Both the position numbers and the translations under genes were made by a program. Below the pieces are notes generated by a model, which saw only the letters and a list, made by a program, of their open reading frames with translations, had not been told where the DNA came from and did not search any database. From positions 1 through 51,995 of the forward strand of contig JBFJWO010000001.1 of NCBI GenBank assembly GCA_041623575.1: a DNA stretch of 51,995 nucleotides, in the 5' to 3' direction. Positions 37,944-47,721 of this stretch are shown piece after piece (the stretch's first letter is position 1; every line of letters starts with the position of its first letter). The stretch is from Gammaproteobacteria bacterium. Its GTDB lineage: Bacteria > Pseudomonadota > Gammaproteobacteria > JAHELT01.

Positions 37944-38918
37944 ATGGAAACGCTGGGCGCGCTGTTCCTGTTGCTCGATTCGGCGCTGCGCCTGTCGGTG
38001 CCGTTGCTGTTCGCCTGCCTCGCGGGGCTCTACTCGGAACGCTCGGGCGTGTTCGACATCGGGCTCGAGGGCAAGATGCTCGGCGCGGCGTTCGCCGCCG
38101 GCGCGGTCGCAGGCGTCAGCGGTTCGGCGTGGCTCGGCGTGCTGGCAGCACTCGCCGCCTCGCTCGGCCTGGCGCTGCTGCACGGTTTCGCCTGCATCAC
38201 CCACCGCGGCAACCAGATCGTCTCCGGGGTCGCGATCAACATCCTGGCGGTCGGCCTGACGGCGCAACTCGGCGCCACCTGGTTTCACCAGGGCGGGCAG
38301 ACGCCGAGCCTCTCCAACGACGCGCGCCTGCTCGGACTCGACTGGCCGGGCGCCGAGCAGGCGGCGGGCGTGCCGGCCATCGGGCAGTTCTACAGCGAGG
38401 TCGTCTCCGGGCACAACGTGCTGGTCTACCTGGCCTACCTCGCCGTGCTGCTGACCTGGTGGGTGATCTATCGCACCCGCTTCGGGCTGCGCCTGCGCGC
38501 GACCGGCGAGAACCCCGCGGCGGTGGATACCGCCGGCATCTCGGTGACCTGGATGCGTTACCGCGCCGTGGCCTGTTGCGGGTTGTTGTGCGGTTTCGCC
38601 GGCGCCTACCTGTCGGTGGGCCAGAGCGCCGGTTTCATCCGCGACATGACCGCCGGCAAGGGATTCATCGCACTGGCGGCGCTGATCTTCGCCAAGTGGC
38701 GGCCGGTGCAGGCCATGGGCGCGTGCTTCCTGTTCGGGCTGCTCGACGCGCTCGCCATCCGCCTGCAGGGCGTGCCGCTGCCGGGGATCGGCGAGGTGCC
38801 GGTGCAGTTCATGCAGGCGGTGCCCTACGTGCTGACCGTCATCCTGCTGGCCGGGTTCGTCGGCCGTGCCGTGCCGCCCAAGGCGGGCGGGATTCCCTAC
38901 ACCAAGGACGAGCGCTGA
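37944..38918 (+). CDS. ABC permease (BMP/nucleoside importer, subunit 2)
   Basis: The ATG directly follows the previous TGA. 324 aa, multi-TM. Confidence 0.88.
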   Translation: METLGALFLLLDSALRLSVPLLFACLAGLYSERSGVFDIGLEGKMLGAAFAAGAVAGVSGSAWLGVLAALAASLGLALLHGFACITHRGNQIVSGVAINILAVGLTAQLGATWFHQGGQTPSLSNDARLLGLDWPGAEQAAGVPAIGQFYSEVVSGHNVLVYLAYLAVLLTWWVIYRTRFGLRLRATGENPAAVDTAGISVTWMRYRAVACCGLLCGFAGAYLSVGQSAGFIRDMTAGKGFIALAALIFAKWRPVQAMGACFLFGLLDALAIRLQGVPLPGIGEVPVQFMQAVPYVLTVILLAGFVGRAVPPKAGGIPYTKDER

Positions 38919-38921
38919 GCG

Positions 38922-39311
38922 ATGGCCGACGACCTGTTCCGAGCGGCGCTGGCGGCGATGCAGCAGGCTCACGCGCCCTATTCGAAGTTCCCGGTCGGCG
39001 CGGCGCTGCGGACCGTCGACGGGGGCGTGTACAGCGGCTGCAACGTGGAGAACGCGAGCTACCCCGAGGGCAGCTGCGCCGAGACCGGGGCCATCGCCCA
39101 GATGGTGCTGGCGGGCGGCGCGCAGATCGCCGAGATCGCGGTGGTCGCCGCGGCCAAGCCGTTGTGCACGCCGTGCGGGGGCTGTCGCCAGCGCCTGGCC
39201 GAGTTCGGCAGCCCCGCGCTGCGGGTCCACCTGTGCACGCTCGACGGGGTCAGCGAGACGGTCACCCTCGGCGAGCTGCTGCCGCGCGCTTTCGGCGAGG
39301 AGGCGCCATAG
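38922..39311 (+). CDS. cdd: Cytidine deaminase (small homotetrameric type)
   Basis: 129 aa. Zinc motifs (CAETGAI and CTPCGGCRQ) and YSKFPVGAAL. Confidence 0.92.
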   Translation: MADDLFRAALAAMQQAHAPYSKFPVGAALRTVDGGVYSGCNVENASYPEGSCAETGAIAQMVLAGGAQIAEIAVVAAAKPLCTPCGGCRQRLAEFGSPALRVHLCTLDGVSETVTLGELLPRAFGEEAP

Positions 39312-39313
39312 AC

Positions 39314-40126
39314 ATGTCGAAGAGCCCCGCCGTCGACGCCATCCGCGCCTGGAGCAGGGGGCAGCGGCCGAGGCTGGCGATCGTGCTCGGCTCCAGCCTC
39401 GATGCGGTGGCGGCGAGCGTCAGCGACGCCCGCAGCCTGTCCTATCGCGACATCCCGGGCTTTCCGCGCCCGTCGGTCTCGGGGCACGCCGGACAACTCG
39501 TGATCGGGCGCCTGGGCGGCTGCGAGGTGCTGATCGCGCAGGGACGCGCTCACGCCTATGAGACCGGGCGTATGGATGCCATGCGCCCGGTGGTGGAGGC
39601 GCTGGCCGCGCGCGGCGTCGAGACGCTGGTGCTGACCAACGCGGCCGGCTCGGTCGACCCGCGGATCGGTGAGGGGCGGCTGATGCTGATCACCGACCAC
39701 ATCAATTTCAGCGGCACCAATCCGCTGACCGGCGATATCGGCGACGAGCGCTTCGTCACCATGACGGACGCCTACGACCCGGCGTTGTGCCGGCGGATGC
39801 GCGCCGCCGCGCGTGCGGAGCGAATCGACCTCGCCGAGGGTGTGTACATGTATTTCTGCGGCCCGAGCTTCGAGACCCCGGCCGAGATCCGCATGGCGCG
39901 GGTGCTCGGCGCGCAGGCGGTCGGGATGTCGACGGTGCCCGAGACCATCCTGGCGCGGCGCTTCGGGCTGTGCGTCGCCGGCGTCTCGGGTATCACCAAC
40001 CTGGCGGCCGGGATCGAGGGCAGCGCGCCCACCCACGAGCACACCGGGCGCGTGGCCCGCATCCTCGTGGAGGACATGACCCGGCTGCTCGAGCGCTTCG
40101 CCGCCGGGTTCGCGGCAGGCAACTGA
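39314..40126 (+). CDS. Purine nucleoside phosphorylase (trimeric PNP/PunA-XapA type)
   Basis: Only the last 270 codons of the 890-aa tracked ORF are protein-like ([50 protein letters not shown]). Confidence 0.9.
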   Translation: MSKSPAVDAIRAWSRGQRPRLAIVLGSSLDAVAASVSDARSLSYRDIPGFPRPSVSGHAGQLVIGRLGGCEVLIAQGRAHAYETGRMDAMRPVVEALAARGVETLVLTNAAGSVDPRIGEGRLMLITDHINFSGTNPLTGDIGDERFVTMTDAYDPALCRRMRAAARAERIDLAEGVYMYFCGPSFETPAEIRMARVLGAQAVGMSTVPETILARRFGLCVAGVSGITNLAAGIEGSAPTHEHTGRVARILVEDMTRLLERFAAGFAAGN

Positions 40127-40136
40127 GGGGCGGGGC

Positions 40137-41480
40137 ATGCTGGCGCAGGAGATCATCCGGCTCAAGCGCGACGGCGGCGAGCTGGACGGCGAGCAGATCG
40201 ACGCATTCGTCGCCGGCCTCGCCGACGGGTCCATCGGCGAAGGGCAGGCGGCGGCGTTCGCCATGGCGGTGTTCTTTTGCGACATGACCATGCGCGAGCG
40301 CGTCGCGCTGACACTCGCCATGCGCGATTCGGGCCGGGTGCTCGCCTGGCCGGCGGGTGAGGGGCTCGGCCCGGTACTCGACAAGCACTCGACCGGCGGT
40401 ATCGGCGACAACGTCTCGCTGATGCTGGCGCCGATGCTGGCCGCTTGCGGGGCGCGCGTGCCGATGATCTCCGGGCGCGGGCTGGGCCACACCGGCGGCA
40501 CGCTGGACAAGCTGGACGCGATCCCGGGCTACCGCTCGCAACCGTCGATCGAGGAGTTCGAGCGCGCGATCGGCGAGGCGGGCTGCGCCATCATCGGCCA
40601 GACCGACGACCTCGCGCCGGCGGATCGCCGGCTCTATGCCGTTCGCGACGTCACGGCGACGGTCGAGTCCATTGCGCTGATCACCGCCTCCATCCTGTCG
40701 AAGAAGCTCGCCGCCGGCCTCGACGCGCTGGTGCTCGACGTCAAGACCGGTTCGGGTGCGTTCATGCAGCGTGCCACCGACGCACGGGCGCTGGCGCGCA
40801 GCCTGGTGGAGACCGCCAACGAGGCCGGCCTGCCGACCGGCGCGCTGATCACCGACATGGACGAGCCGCTGGCCTCCTGCGCCGGCAATGCCCTGGAGGT
40901 CGCCAATGCGGTCGCCTTCCTGCGCAACGAGCACCAGGACGCGAGGTTGCGGGAAGTGGTGCTGGCGCTGGGCGCGCAGGTGCTGTGCCTGGGCGGGCTC
41001 GCCGGCGACGAGTCACGGGCGCGCGCCGCGCTTTCGGCCTGCCTGGACGAGGGCAGTGCCGCCGAGCGTTTCGGGCGCATGGTGAGCGGGCTGGGCGGCC
41101 CGGCGGATTTCGTGGAGCGCTGCAGCAGCCACCTGCCCCGTGCCCCGGTGGTGGTCGATGTCCCGCCCGCCGCCGCGGGCGTGGTGGACGCCATCGACAC
41201 GCGCGCGCTCGGCATCGCCGTCGTCGAGCTGGGCGGTGGGCGGCACCGCGCCGAGGACGCAATCGACCATCGCGTGGGGCTCGCCTCGCTGGCCGGTAAG
41301 GGGGCCGAGGTCGACGATAGCCGACCGCTGGCCGTGGTGCACGCGGCCGACGCCTCGCAGGCGGAGCGCGCGATCGCCGCCGTGCGCGAGGCATACCGGC
41401 TGGGGACGGCGGCGCAGTCGGCGAACGAGCCGGTCATCGACGTGGTCGAGTACGAGGGCGAATCGCGCCCGCCGGGGTGA
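40137..41480 (+). CDS. deoA: Thymidine phosphorylase
   Basis: 447 aa. Canonical motifs ([38 protein letters not shown]). Confidence 0.93.
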   Translation: MLAQEIIRLKRDGGELDGEQIDAFVAGLADGSIGEGQAAAFAMAVFFCDMTMRERVALTLAMRDSGRVLAWPAGEGLGPVLDKHSTGGIGDNVSLMLAPMLAACGARVPMISGRGLGHTGGTLDKLDAIPGYRSQPSIEEFERAIGEAGCAIIGQTDDLAPADRRLYAVRDVTATVESIALITASILSKKLAAGLDALVLDVKTGSGAFMQRATDARALARSLVETANEAGLPTGALITDMDEPLASCAGNALEVANAVAFLRNEHQDARLREVVLALGAQVLCLGGLAGDESRARAALSACLDEGSAAERFGRMVSGLGGPADFVERCSSHLPRAPVVVDVPPAAAGVVDAIDTRALGIAVVELGGGRHRAEDAIDHRVGLASLAGKGAEVDDSRPLAVVHAADASQAERAIAAVREAYRLGTAAQSANEPVIDVVEYEGESRPPG

Positions 41481-41486
41481 GGGGCC

Positions 41487-42308
41487 ATGCACGAGCAACG
41501 CATCAAGACCATGAAGCTCTACCACCAGGTGGAGCGCGTGTTCAACGAGCTGGCGGCGCTGGGCGTCGGTCCCGGCGACCCCATCGACGTCGAGCAGCTG
41601 GTGCAGTTCGACCAGTACCACTACCTCGGCACGGCCGCCGTCGACGAGGCGATCGTGCGGCTCGGGCTCGACGGCAGTCAGCGCGTGCTCGAAGTGGGCT
41701 CGGGGATCGGCGGGCCGTCGCGCCACCTCGGTCACCGAACGGGTTGTCACATGACCGCGCTCGAACTGCAGCGCGACCTGCACGAGACGGGGCTCGAGCT
41801 CACCCGGCGGTGCGGGCTGGAGGCGCGGGTGGAGCACCGCTGCGTCAACGTGCTCGACGGCGTCGACGGTCGTTTCGATGCGCTGGTGAGCTGGCTGACG
41901 TTCCTGCACATCCCGGATCGCGAACGCCTGTACCGGCGCTGCCACGAGGCGCTGGCGCCCGGGGCGGGCATGTACGTGGAAGACTACTTCGCGCGCGGCG
42001 AGCTGACGGACGCCGAACGCGAGAGCCTGGCGCGCGAGGTCTTCTGCGAACACGTGCCGAGCCTCGACGACTACCGCGAGCAGCTCGCGGCGGCCGGTTT
42101 CGAGCGCCTCGAGCTGATCGACATGACCGCCGAGTGGCGCGCTTTCGTCGAAGCCCGCCATGCCGCGTTTCGCGAGCGGCGCGAACGCAACCTCGCCTTG
42201 CACGGCCCGGCCGTGGTCGACGGCCTCGACGAGTTCTACTCGGCGATCGTGCGCCTGTTCGGCGGCGGCAACCTGGGTGGCTTGCGGCTGGTGGCCTGGA
42301 AACCCTGA
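41487..42308 (+). CDS. Class I SAM-dependent methyltransferase (phosphoethanolamine-N-methyltransferase-like)
   Basis: 273 aa. SAM motif I (VLEVGSGIGGP). Layout resembles PMT/small-molecule N-methyltransferases. Starts 6 nt after the deoA stop. Confidence 0.82.
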   Translation: MHEQRIKTMKLYHQVERVFNELAALGVGPGDPIDVEQLVQFDQYHYLGTAAVDEAIVRLGLDGSQRVLEVGSGIGGPSRHLGHRTGCHMTALELQRDLHETGLELTRRCGLEARVEHRCVNVLDGVDGRFDALVSWLTFLHIPDRERLYRRCHEALAPGAGMYVEDYFARGELTDAERESLAREVFCEHVPSLDDYREQLAAAGFERLELIDMTAEWRAFVEARHAAFRERRERNLALHGPAVVDGLDEFYSAIVRLFGGGNLGGLRLVAWKP

Positions 42309-42339
42309 CGGGTCTGCGTGCGGGACGTCGCGGCTGCGC

Positions 42340-43350
42340 TCAGCCGAGCAACTCGCGCGCGGCGGCGGCGATTACCGCCATGTCGGCGGCGTTGCGGCCC
42401 GGACCGCCCGCGCAATGGCCCCAGTGCGACTCGATCACGCGCAGTTCGGCGTCGGGCATCGCCGCCACTTCGCGTTCGCTGTCCTCGGGCGGGAAATACA
42501 GGTCGCTGCGACACGGCATGACGATGGCGCGCGCGCGGATCGCGCCCAGCGCGCGCGTGAAATCGCCGTCGAATGCCGGGTGGCGGGCGAGGTCGGTCTG
42601 CTGCCACGTCGCGAGCTTGGCCAGCAGGTCGTTGGCATCCCAGGCGAGATGGTCTTGCTCCCAGGCGCCGAGCAGGGCCGCGATCGAGTCGTACCCCAGC
42701 TCGCGATACAGTCCCTCGCGAAAAAAGGTCTGCGAGAAAGCCCAGCCGCAATAGACGTGCGCGAACGCCTTGAGCCCGGCAACCGGCGGGCGGGTGTAAC
42801 GCCCGGCGGCGTACACGGGGTCTGCCTGCAGGGCGGACTTGACGCCGTCGAGAAACAGCCAGTTGTGCGGCGAGCAGCGCGCGGCGCCGCACCAGGGCAG
42901 GATGGCGGCCACGTGCTCGGGGAAGGCCGCGCCCCAGTGGAAGGCCTGGGCGGCGCCCATCGACCAGCCGGCCACCAGGCGCAGCCGCTGCACCCCGAAG
43001 GTCTCGGCCAGCAGGCGTTGCTGGCAGGCGACGTTGTCGTAGAGCGTGACCAGCGGGAAGTCCGCGCCGCGTTGCCCGGGCGCGGCGTTGGACGGCGAGG
43101 TGGACAGCCCGTTGCCGAACAGGTTGGTCGCAACCACGAAGAAACGCCGGGTGTCGAAGACCTTTCCGGGACCGATCATCGGCTCGTAACCGCGGTGCTG
43201 GCCGGTGTAGTAACTCGGCAGCAGGATCACGTTGTCGCGCGCGGCGCCGAGTTCCCCGTAAGTCTGGTAGGCGAGGCTCGCGGCGTGCAGTACCTGCCCC
43301 GACTGCAGCGCCAGGTCGCCGGCCGCGAACCGCCGGTACGCCTCGCTCAC
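42340..43350 (-). CDS. Alpha/beta-hydrolase of the homoserine O-acetyltransferase (MetX) family
   Basis: GTG at 43350 in a GTGA overlap with the upstream GS-like stop. MetX-like sequence (LAYQTYGEL..NVILLPSYYTG, nucleophile elbow GWSMGA, C-terminal HWGH). Confidence 0.78.
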   Translation of the reverse strand: MSEAYRRFAAGDLALQSGQVLHAASLAYQTYGELGAARDNVILLPSYYTGQHRGYEPMIGPGKVFDTRRFFVVATNLFGNGLSTSPSNAAPGQRGADFPLVTLYDNVACQQRLLAETFGVQRLRLVAGWSMGAAQAFHWGAAFPEHVAAILPWCGAARCSPHNWLFLDGVKSALQADPVYAAGRYTRPPVAGLKAFAHVYCGWAFSQTFFREGLYRELGYDSIAALLGAWEQDHLAWDANDLLAKLATWQQTDLARHPAFDGDFTRALGAIRARAIVMPCRSDLYFPPEDSEREVAAMPDAELRVIESHWGHCAGGPGRNAADMAVIAAAARELLG

Positions 43351-44711
43351 AGGAACCTGAGGTAGCGGTTCACTTCCCAGTCCGAGACGTGGTTGAGGTA
43401 CTCCTCCCACTCGCGGCGCTTGAACGCGAGGTAGGTGTCGAACATCAGGTCGCCGAACACGGCCCTGGCGAGCGGGTCGGCCGCGAACGCGTCGAGCGCC
43501 TCGTCGAGGGTGCGCGGCAGGTAACTCACGCCGAGCTCCGCCAGCTGCTCGTCGCTCTTGAGGTACATGTTCTCGGTGTGCGGGGCACCGGGGTCGAGAC
43601 CGCGCTCGATACCTTCCAGCCCCGCCGCCAGCGCCAGTGCACCGCCCAGGTAGGGATTGTTGGAAATGTCGGCGGCCCTGAGCTCCACGCGCCCGCCGCC
43701 GAGCGGTACGCGCACGGCGTTGGTGCGGTTGTTGTTGCCGAAACAGGCGAACACCGGCGCCCAGGTGAAACCGGACATGCTGCCTTCCTTGACGAGGCGC
43801 TTGTAGCTGTTGACCGTGGGCGAGACCACCGCGCACAGCGCCGGCAGGTGGGCGAGGATGCCGCCGATGAAAAGGTAGCCGAGCTCGGAGAGGTGGCAGC
43901 CGCGCGGGTCGTCCGCCGCCTCGAACAGGTTGCGCCCGTTGCGCGGGTCGGCGAGCGACATGTTGTAGTGCGCGCCGCTGCCGGCACGATCGCCGAACGG
44001 CTTGGGCATGAACGAGGCGAAGCAGCCGTTGAGGTGCGCGATCTCCTGCACCGCGAGGCGGAAGAACACGAAACGGTCGGCCATCGTCAGCCCGTCGGTG
44101 TAGCCGAAGTCGATCTCGAACTGGCCGTTGCCGTCCTCGTGGTCGAAGGAGTAGACGTCGTAGCCGACGCTGTTCAGCGCATCGACGATCTGCTCCAGCA
44201 CGTCGAGACTGTCGAGCGTGCTGCGGATGTCGTACGCGGGCTTGGCCAGCGCGTCGCGCGGGCCGATGGGCCCGAAGCTGCCGTCGCCCGTGTCGCGCAG
44301 CAGGAACAGTTCCGGCTCGATGCCGAAGTCGAAGCGATAGCCCATCGCCGCGGCTTTCGCCAGCACGCGTTTGAAGATCTGGCGCGAGCAGGGCTCGAAC
44401 GCCTCGCCCTCGAGGTACAGGTCGCTCGCGAACCAGGCGACGTCGGGACGCCAGGGACACACGATGAGGCTGGCCGGGTCCGGGTGCGGCGAGACCTCCT
44501 CGTCGCTCACGTCCTGCGGCACGCCGTCGAGCGCGGCGCCGGTGCACAGCTCCGAGCCGTTCATCATGCGCTCGAGGTGGGCGATCGGCACGGTCTTCGA
44601 CTTGCACACGCCGTGCAGGTCGCTGTAGGAAGCGAAGGCGTACTTCACGCCCCGCTCGATCAGGTCGCGCTGCAGTTGCCGGATGTCGCTGCCTTCGCTT
44701 GCGCCGCCCAT
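43347..44711 (-). CDS. Glutamine synthetase-family (GS-I-like, gamma-glutamyl ligase) protein
   Basis: 454 aa. GS beta-grasp and catalytic motifs (FASYSDLHGVCKSKTV, FGIEPELFLL, FMPKPF..AGSGAHYNMSL, RVELRAAD). Confidence 0.87.
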   Translation of the reverse strand: MGGASEGSDIRQLQRDLIERGVKYAFASYSDLHGVCKSKTVPIAHLERMMNGSELCTGAALDGVPQDVSDEEVSPHPDPASLIVCPWRPDVAWFASDLYLEGEAFEPCSRQIFKRVLAKAAAMGYRFDFGIEPELFLLRDTGDGSFGPIGPRDALAKPAYDIRSTLDSLDVLEQIVDALNSVGYDVYSFDHEDGNGQFEIDFGYTDGLTMADRFVFFRLAVQEIAHLNGCFASFMPKPFGDRAGSGAHYNMSLADPRNGRNLFEAADDPRGCHLSELGYLFIGGILAHLPALCAVVSPTVNSYKRLVKEGSMSGFTWAPVFACFGNNNRTNAVRVPLGGGRVELRAADISNNPYLGGALALAAGLEGIERGLDPGAPHTENMYLKSDEQLAELGVSYLPRTLDEALDAFAADPLARAVFGDLMFDTYLAFKRREWEEYLNHVSDWEVNRYLRFL

Positions 44712-44781
44712 GTTCGCTCCACGCTGCGGTTCGCCGCGATTATCGACAATCTCCGGCGTGCTGGCGAGCGCCGGGCCGGCG

Positions 44782-45291
44782 TCACGGGGCCGCGGCGTGG
44801 CGCCCGGGAAAGTAGACGTGCAGGTGATGATCCGACAAGCGCGAGTAGAGGCGTTTGGCGCCCATGCCGGCGGCGATCTCGCGCGTCTGGTCGAGCTTGG
44901 CGACGAAGCGCCGGTCGCGCAGGGTCAGCTTGCGCACGCTGCTCGGGTAACACGAGGCGATGACGTCGTCGGCCACTGCGCCCAGCGTCTGGTTGGTGTG
45001 CGCGGTGCTGCGCAGTTCGACGTAGCCTTTGAGCGTGGGTGTCGGCGGCAGCGACCGCCCGAACGCCACCCACTCGACCGAGAAGCCCGGGTGGGCCTGT
45101 TTCTCCAGCTCGAAGCGTTTCTCGAGTTGCGTGTGACACTCCGCCAGCCAGGCGAATCGAAAGACCGCGGCCGGCGCCGGTGCCGGCGGCTCGGGCTCCT
45201 GCTGCCCGCAGCCGGCGGCCAGCGCGACCGCAGCCAGTGTCAGCAGCCGCCGCAGTCGGCGGCGCAGGAGAGTTCGGGGAATCGACGTCAT
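44782..45291 (-). CDS. Hypothetical lipoprotein
   Basis: The internal ATG at 45291 gives a signal with lipobox (LLTLAAVALAAGC). 169 aa. No family recognised. Confidence 0.5.
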   Translation of the reverse strand: MTSIPRTLLRRRLRRLLTLAAVALAAGCGQQEPEPPAPAPAAVFRFAWLAECHTQLEKRFELEKQAHPGFSVEWVAFGRSLPPTPTLKGYVELRSTAHTNQTLGAVADDVIASCYPSSVRKLTLRDRRFVAKLDQTREIAAGMGAKRLYSRLSDHHLHVYFPGRHAAAP

Positions 45292-45447
45292 GGCGGTGGC
45301 CCGTGAGCGGGGAGGCTGGCGAGCATACTGCAGATTCCGATCCGTCGCTGCAACGACCTCATCGCGCGGCCGTGGGCCCCCGGCGAGGGGATTTCGGCGT
45401 CCCCGTCGCTTCCCCGTATGAGCAGGCAACGGTCACGGGGACGGGCG

Positions 45448-45777
45448 ATGAAAACGGCACTGGCGGCAATTCGGGCAACGACTCTGGTGGCGGCGATGGC
45501 GCTCGCCGCGGCGGGCGGCGCGCAGGCCGGGTGCGATGCGCCTTACGGCTGTGCGGACATCGCCGTCGACGGCGACGGCCGGCCCTGGGAAGCGTTGCCG
45601 AGCGGCGGCGGCCAGGGCCGGCTGCTGAACGCCGCCGTGCTGCTGTTGATAGAGGGTCTCCTGAGCCCGACCCTCGCTGCCGCGCCGGGCGACGCGCCTC
45701 GCCGCTACCGGGACTATTCGCTGCGAGTCGACGCCTCCAGCGAACATGTGCGCCTCGAGGTCGGGCTGCGGTTCTGA
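45448..45777 (+). CDS. Small hypothetical secreted protein
   Basis: ATG at 45448 gives the signal peptide MKTALAAIRATTLVAAMALAAAGGAQA. 109 aa. No family recognised. Confidence 0.4.
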   Translation: MKTALAAIRATTLVAAMALAAAGGAQAGCDAPYGCADIAVDGDGRPWEALPSGGGQGRLLNAAVLLLIEGLLSPTLAAAPGDAPRRYRDYSLRVDASSEHVRLEVGLRF

Positions 45778-46786
45778 CGCCCGCCCCGGGGCGTTTGACC
45801 GCGGGCGCAGCGGGCGGCAGGATTCGCTTCTAGCCGCCGCCGGAGCCCGCCACTTGCCAGACCACCCGCCCCCCGCGCCGGCCGCCGGTTTCGCCCTCGC
45901 GGTCGGCGGCGCCAATCTCGACGTGCTGGGCCGGCGTACCGCCGAGGGCGCGTGCGCGGACTCGGTTCCCGGCGTCATCGAGCAGGCGCCCGGCGGCGTC
46001 GCCCGCAACGTGGCGGAGAACCTGGCTCGCCTGGGCCGCACGGTGAGGCTGGTGACACGGGTGGGCGAAGACGCGGCCGGTGAGTGGTTGCTGCGCCGCA
46101 CCGGTGAGGCGGGCGTGGACACCGGCGCCGTGTTGCGCAGCGCCCGCCTGCCGAGCGCGCGTTACCTCGCCGTGCACGATGCCGCCGGCGGCCTGCTGGC
46201 GGCGGTGTCCGACATGCGCACGCTGGACGCGCTCGACCCGGGGGCGCTGGCCGCCATCGCGCCGCTGATCGCGGGCTCGCACCTGCTCCTGGTCGATGCC
46301 AACCTGCCCGAGGCGACCCTCGGCTGGCTGCTCGAGCAGGCCACCGTGCCGGTGTTCGCCGACGCCACCTCCGCGGCCAAGGCGCCGCGCCTGAGAAGCG
46401 TACGCACGCGCCTGCACACCCTGAAACTCAACCTCCCCGAGGCCCGCGCGCTGGCCGGGCGCCCCGGGGCGGACTGGCGCGATTGCGCAACGGCCCTGAT
46501 CGAGGCGGGTGTGCAGCGCGTGGTCGTCGGCCTCGGCGCGGCCGGTCTCGGCTACGCGGACGCCAACCGCGTCGTCACGCGCCCGGCCCTGGCCTGCGAG
46601 GTCCGCAACGAAGCCGGGGCGGGGGATGCCTTGTGCGCTGGACTCGCCGCAGCCTGGCTGCGCGGGCTCTCGCTCGAAGCGCAACTGGACTACGCCCGGG
46701 CCTGCGCGGCGCTGACCCTCGGCTCGCCACTGGCCAACGACCCCGGCCTCAGCCACGCCCGCGTCGAGCGGTTGCTGGCTCGATGA
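45746..46786 (+). CDS. psuK: Pseudouridine kinase (PfkB family)
   Basis: PfkB motifs (VGGANLDV, PGGVARNVAENLARLG, C-terminal NEAGAGDA). Coupled by an ATGA overlap to psuG. The start is uncertain: ATG 45746 overlaps the previous ORF, and TTG 45854 would give a more typical N-terminus. Confidence 0.78.
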   Translation: MCASRSGCGSDARPGAFDRGRSGRQDSLLAAAGARHLPDHPPPAPAAGFALAVGGANLDVLGRRTAEGACADSVPGVIEQAPGGVARNVAENLARLGRTVRLVTRVGEDAAGEWLLRRTGEAGVDTGAVLRSARLPSARYLAVHDAAGGLLAAVSDMRTLDALDPGALAAIAPLIAGSHLLLVDANLPEATLGWLLEQATVPVFADATSAAKAPRLRSVRTRLHTLKLNLPEARALAGRPGADWRDCATALIEAGVQRVVVGLGAAGLGYADANRVVTRPALACEVRNEAGAGDALCAGLAAAWLRGLSLEAQLDYARACAALTLGSPLANDPGLSHARVERLLAR

Positions 46787-47718
46787 GCGCCGGGGCCTTC
46801 CTCGACCTCTCACCCGAGGTGGCGGCCGCGCTCCGCGAGGGCCGCGCCGTGGTGGCGCTCGAGAGCACGCTGATCGCGCACGGCCTGCCCTGGCCCGACA
46901 ACGCCGAGATCGCCGCGCGCCTGGAAGAGGCGGTACGCGACGCCGGCGCGGTGCCGGCCACCGTGGCGGTGGTCGACGGGCGGCTCAAGGCCGGCCTCGA
47001 CACGGCCGCGATCGAGCGCCTGGCGCGTGGCGGGCCGGCGGTGCTCAAGTGCAGCCGCCGGGACCTGCCGCTGGCGATCGTGCAGCGCGCGCTTGGGGCG
47101 ACCACTGTGGCGGCGACCATGATCGTCGCGCGCCTTGCCGGGATACGCGTGTTCGCCACCGGCGGTATCGGCGGTGTGCATCGCGGCGCGGAGCGCACGT
47201 TCGACATCTCGGCGGACCTGCAGGAACTCGCGCGCACCGAAGTGGCGGTCGTGTGCGCGGGCGCCAAGTCCGTGCTCGACCTGGCCCTTACGCTGGAATA
47301 CCTCGAGACCCACGGTGTGCCCGTGATCGTGTACCGCAGCAGCGAATTGCCGGCTTTCTACACCCGCGACAGCGGCTTCGCCGCGCCGGCGCGTCTCGAC
47401 GAGCCGCAGGCCATCGCCAGGGCGCTGCTCGCGCAATGGGACCTGGGGCTGGGCGGTGGCGCGGTGATCGCCAACCCGATCCCGGCGCCGTTGGCCATGG
47501 CGCGCGAGCGCAGCGAGGCGGTGATCGCCCGGGCACTGGCCGAAGCGGCCGCGCAGGGTGTCGCCGGCAAGGCGGTGACGCCGTTCGTGCTGGGCCGCGT
47601 GGCAGAATTGAGCGGTGGCGAGAGCCTCGCGGCCAACAAGGCGCTGGTGTTGCACAATGCGCGCCTGGCCGCGGAAATCGCACGCGCGCTCGCGCACGAA
47701 ATCCGAACGCAGGAGTAG
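46783..47718 (+). CDS. psuG: Pseudouridine-5'-phosphate glycosidase
   Basis: 311 aa. Strongly PsuG/YeiN-like (VALESTLIAHGLPWP, VFATGGIGGVHRGAE.TFDISADL, VVCAGAKSVLD). Confidence 0.92.
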   Translation: MSAGAFLDLSPEVAAALREGRAVVALESTLIAHGLPWPDNAEIAARLEEAVRDAGAVPATVAVVDGRLKAGLDTAAIERLARGGPAVLKCSRRDLPLAIVQRALGATTVAATMIVARLAGIRVFATGGIGGVHRGAERTFDISADLQELARTEVAVVCAGAKSVLDLALTLEYLETHGVPVIVYRSSELPAFYTRDSGFAAPARLDEPQAIARALLAQWDLGLGGGAVIANPIPAPLAMARERSEAVIARALAEAAAQGVAGKAVTPFVLGRVAELSGGESLAANKALVLHNARLAAEIARALAHEIRTQE

Positions 47719-47721
47719 ACA

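Noticed and set aside
34165-39230. Minus-strand ORFs of 889 aa and 941 aa opposite the BMP ABC transporter
   Set aside because: Same shadow-ORF signature (runs of R, G, A, H, D, Q). The plus-strand genes carry Walker motifs and the BMP hallmark motifs.
37454-39313. N-terminal 620 codons of the 890-aa ORF ending at 40126
   Set aside because: It is out-of-frame read-through across the two permease genes and cdd, and Arg/Gly/Pro-rich. The true PNP starts at ATG 39314, right after the cdd stop.
43351-44607. N-terminal 419 codons of the 755-aa minus-strand ORF
   Set aside because: It overlaps the GS-like gene in another frame and has a junk composition. The MetX-like protein begins at GTG 43350, coupled to the GS-like stop.
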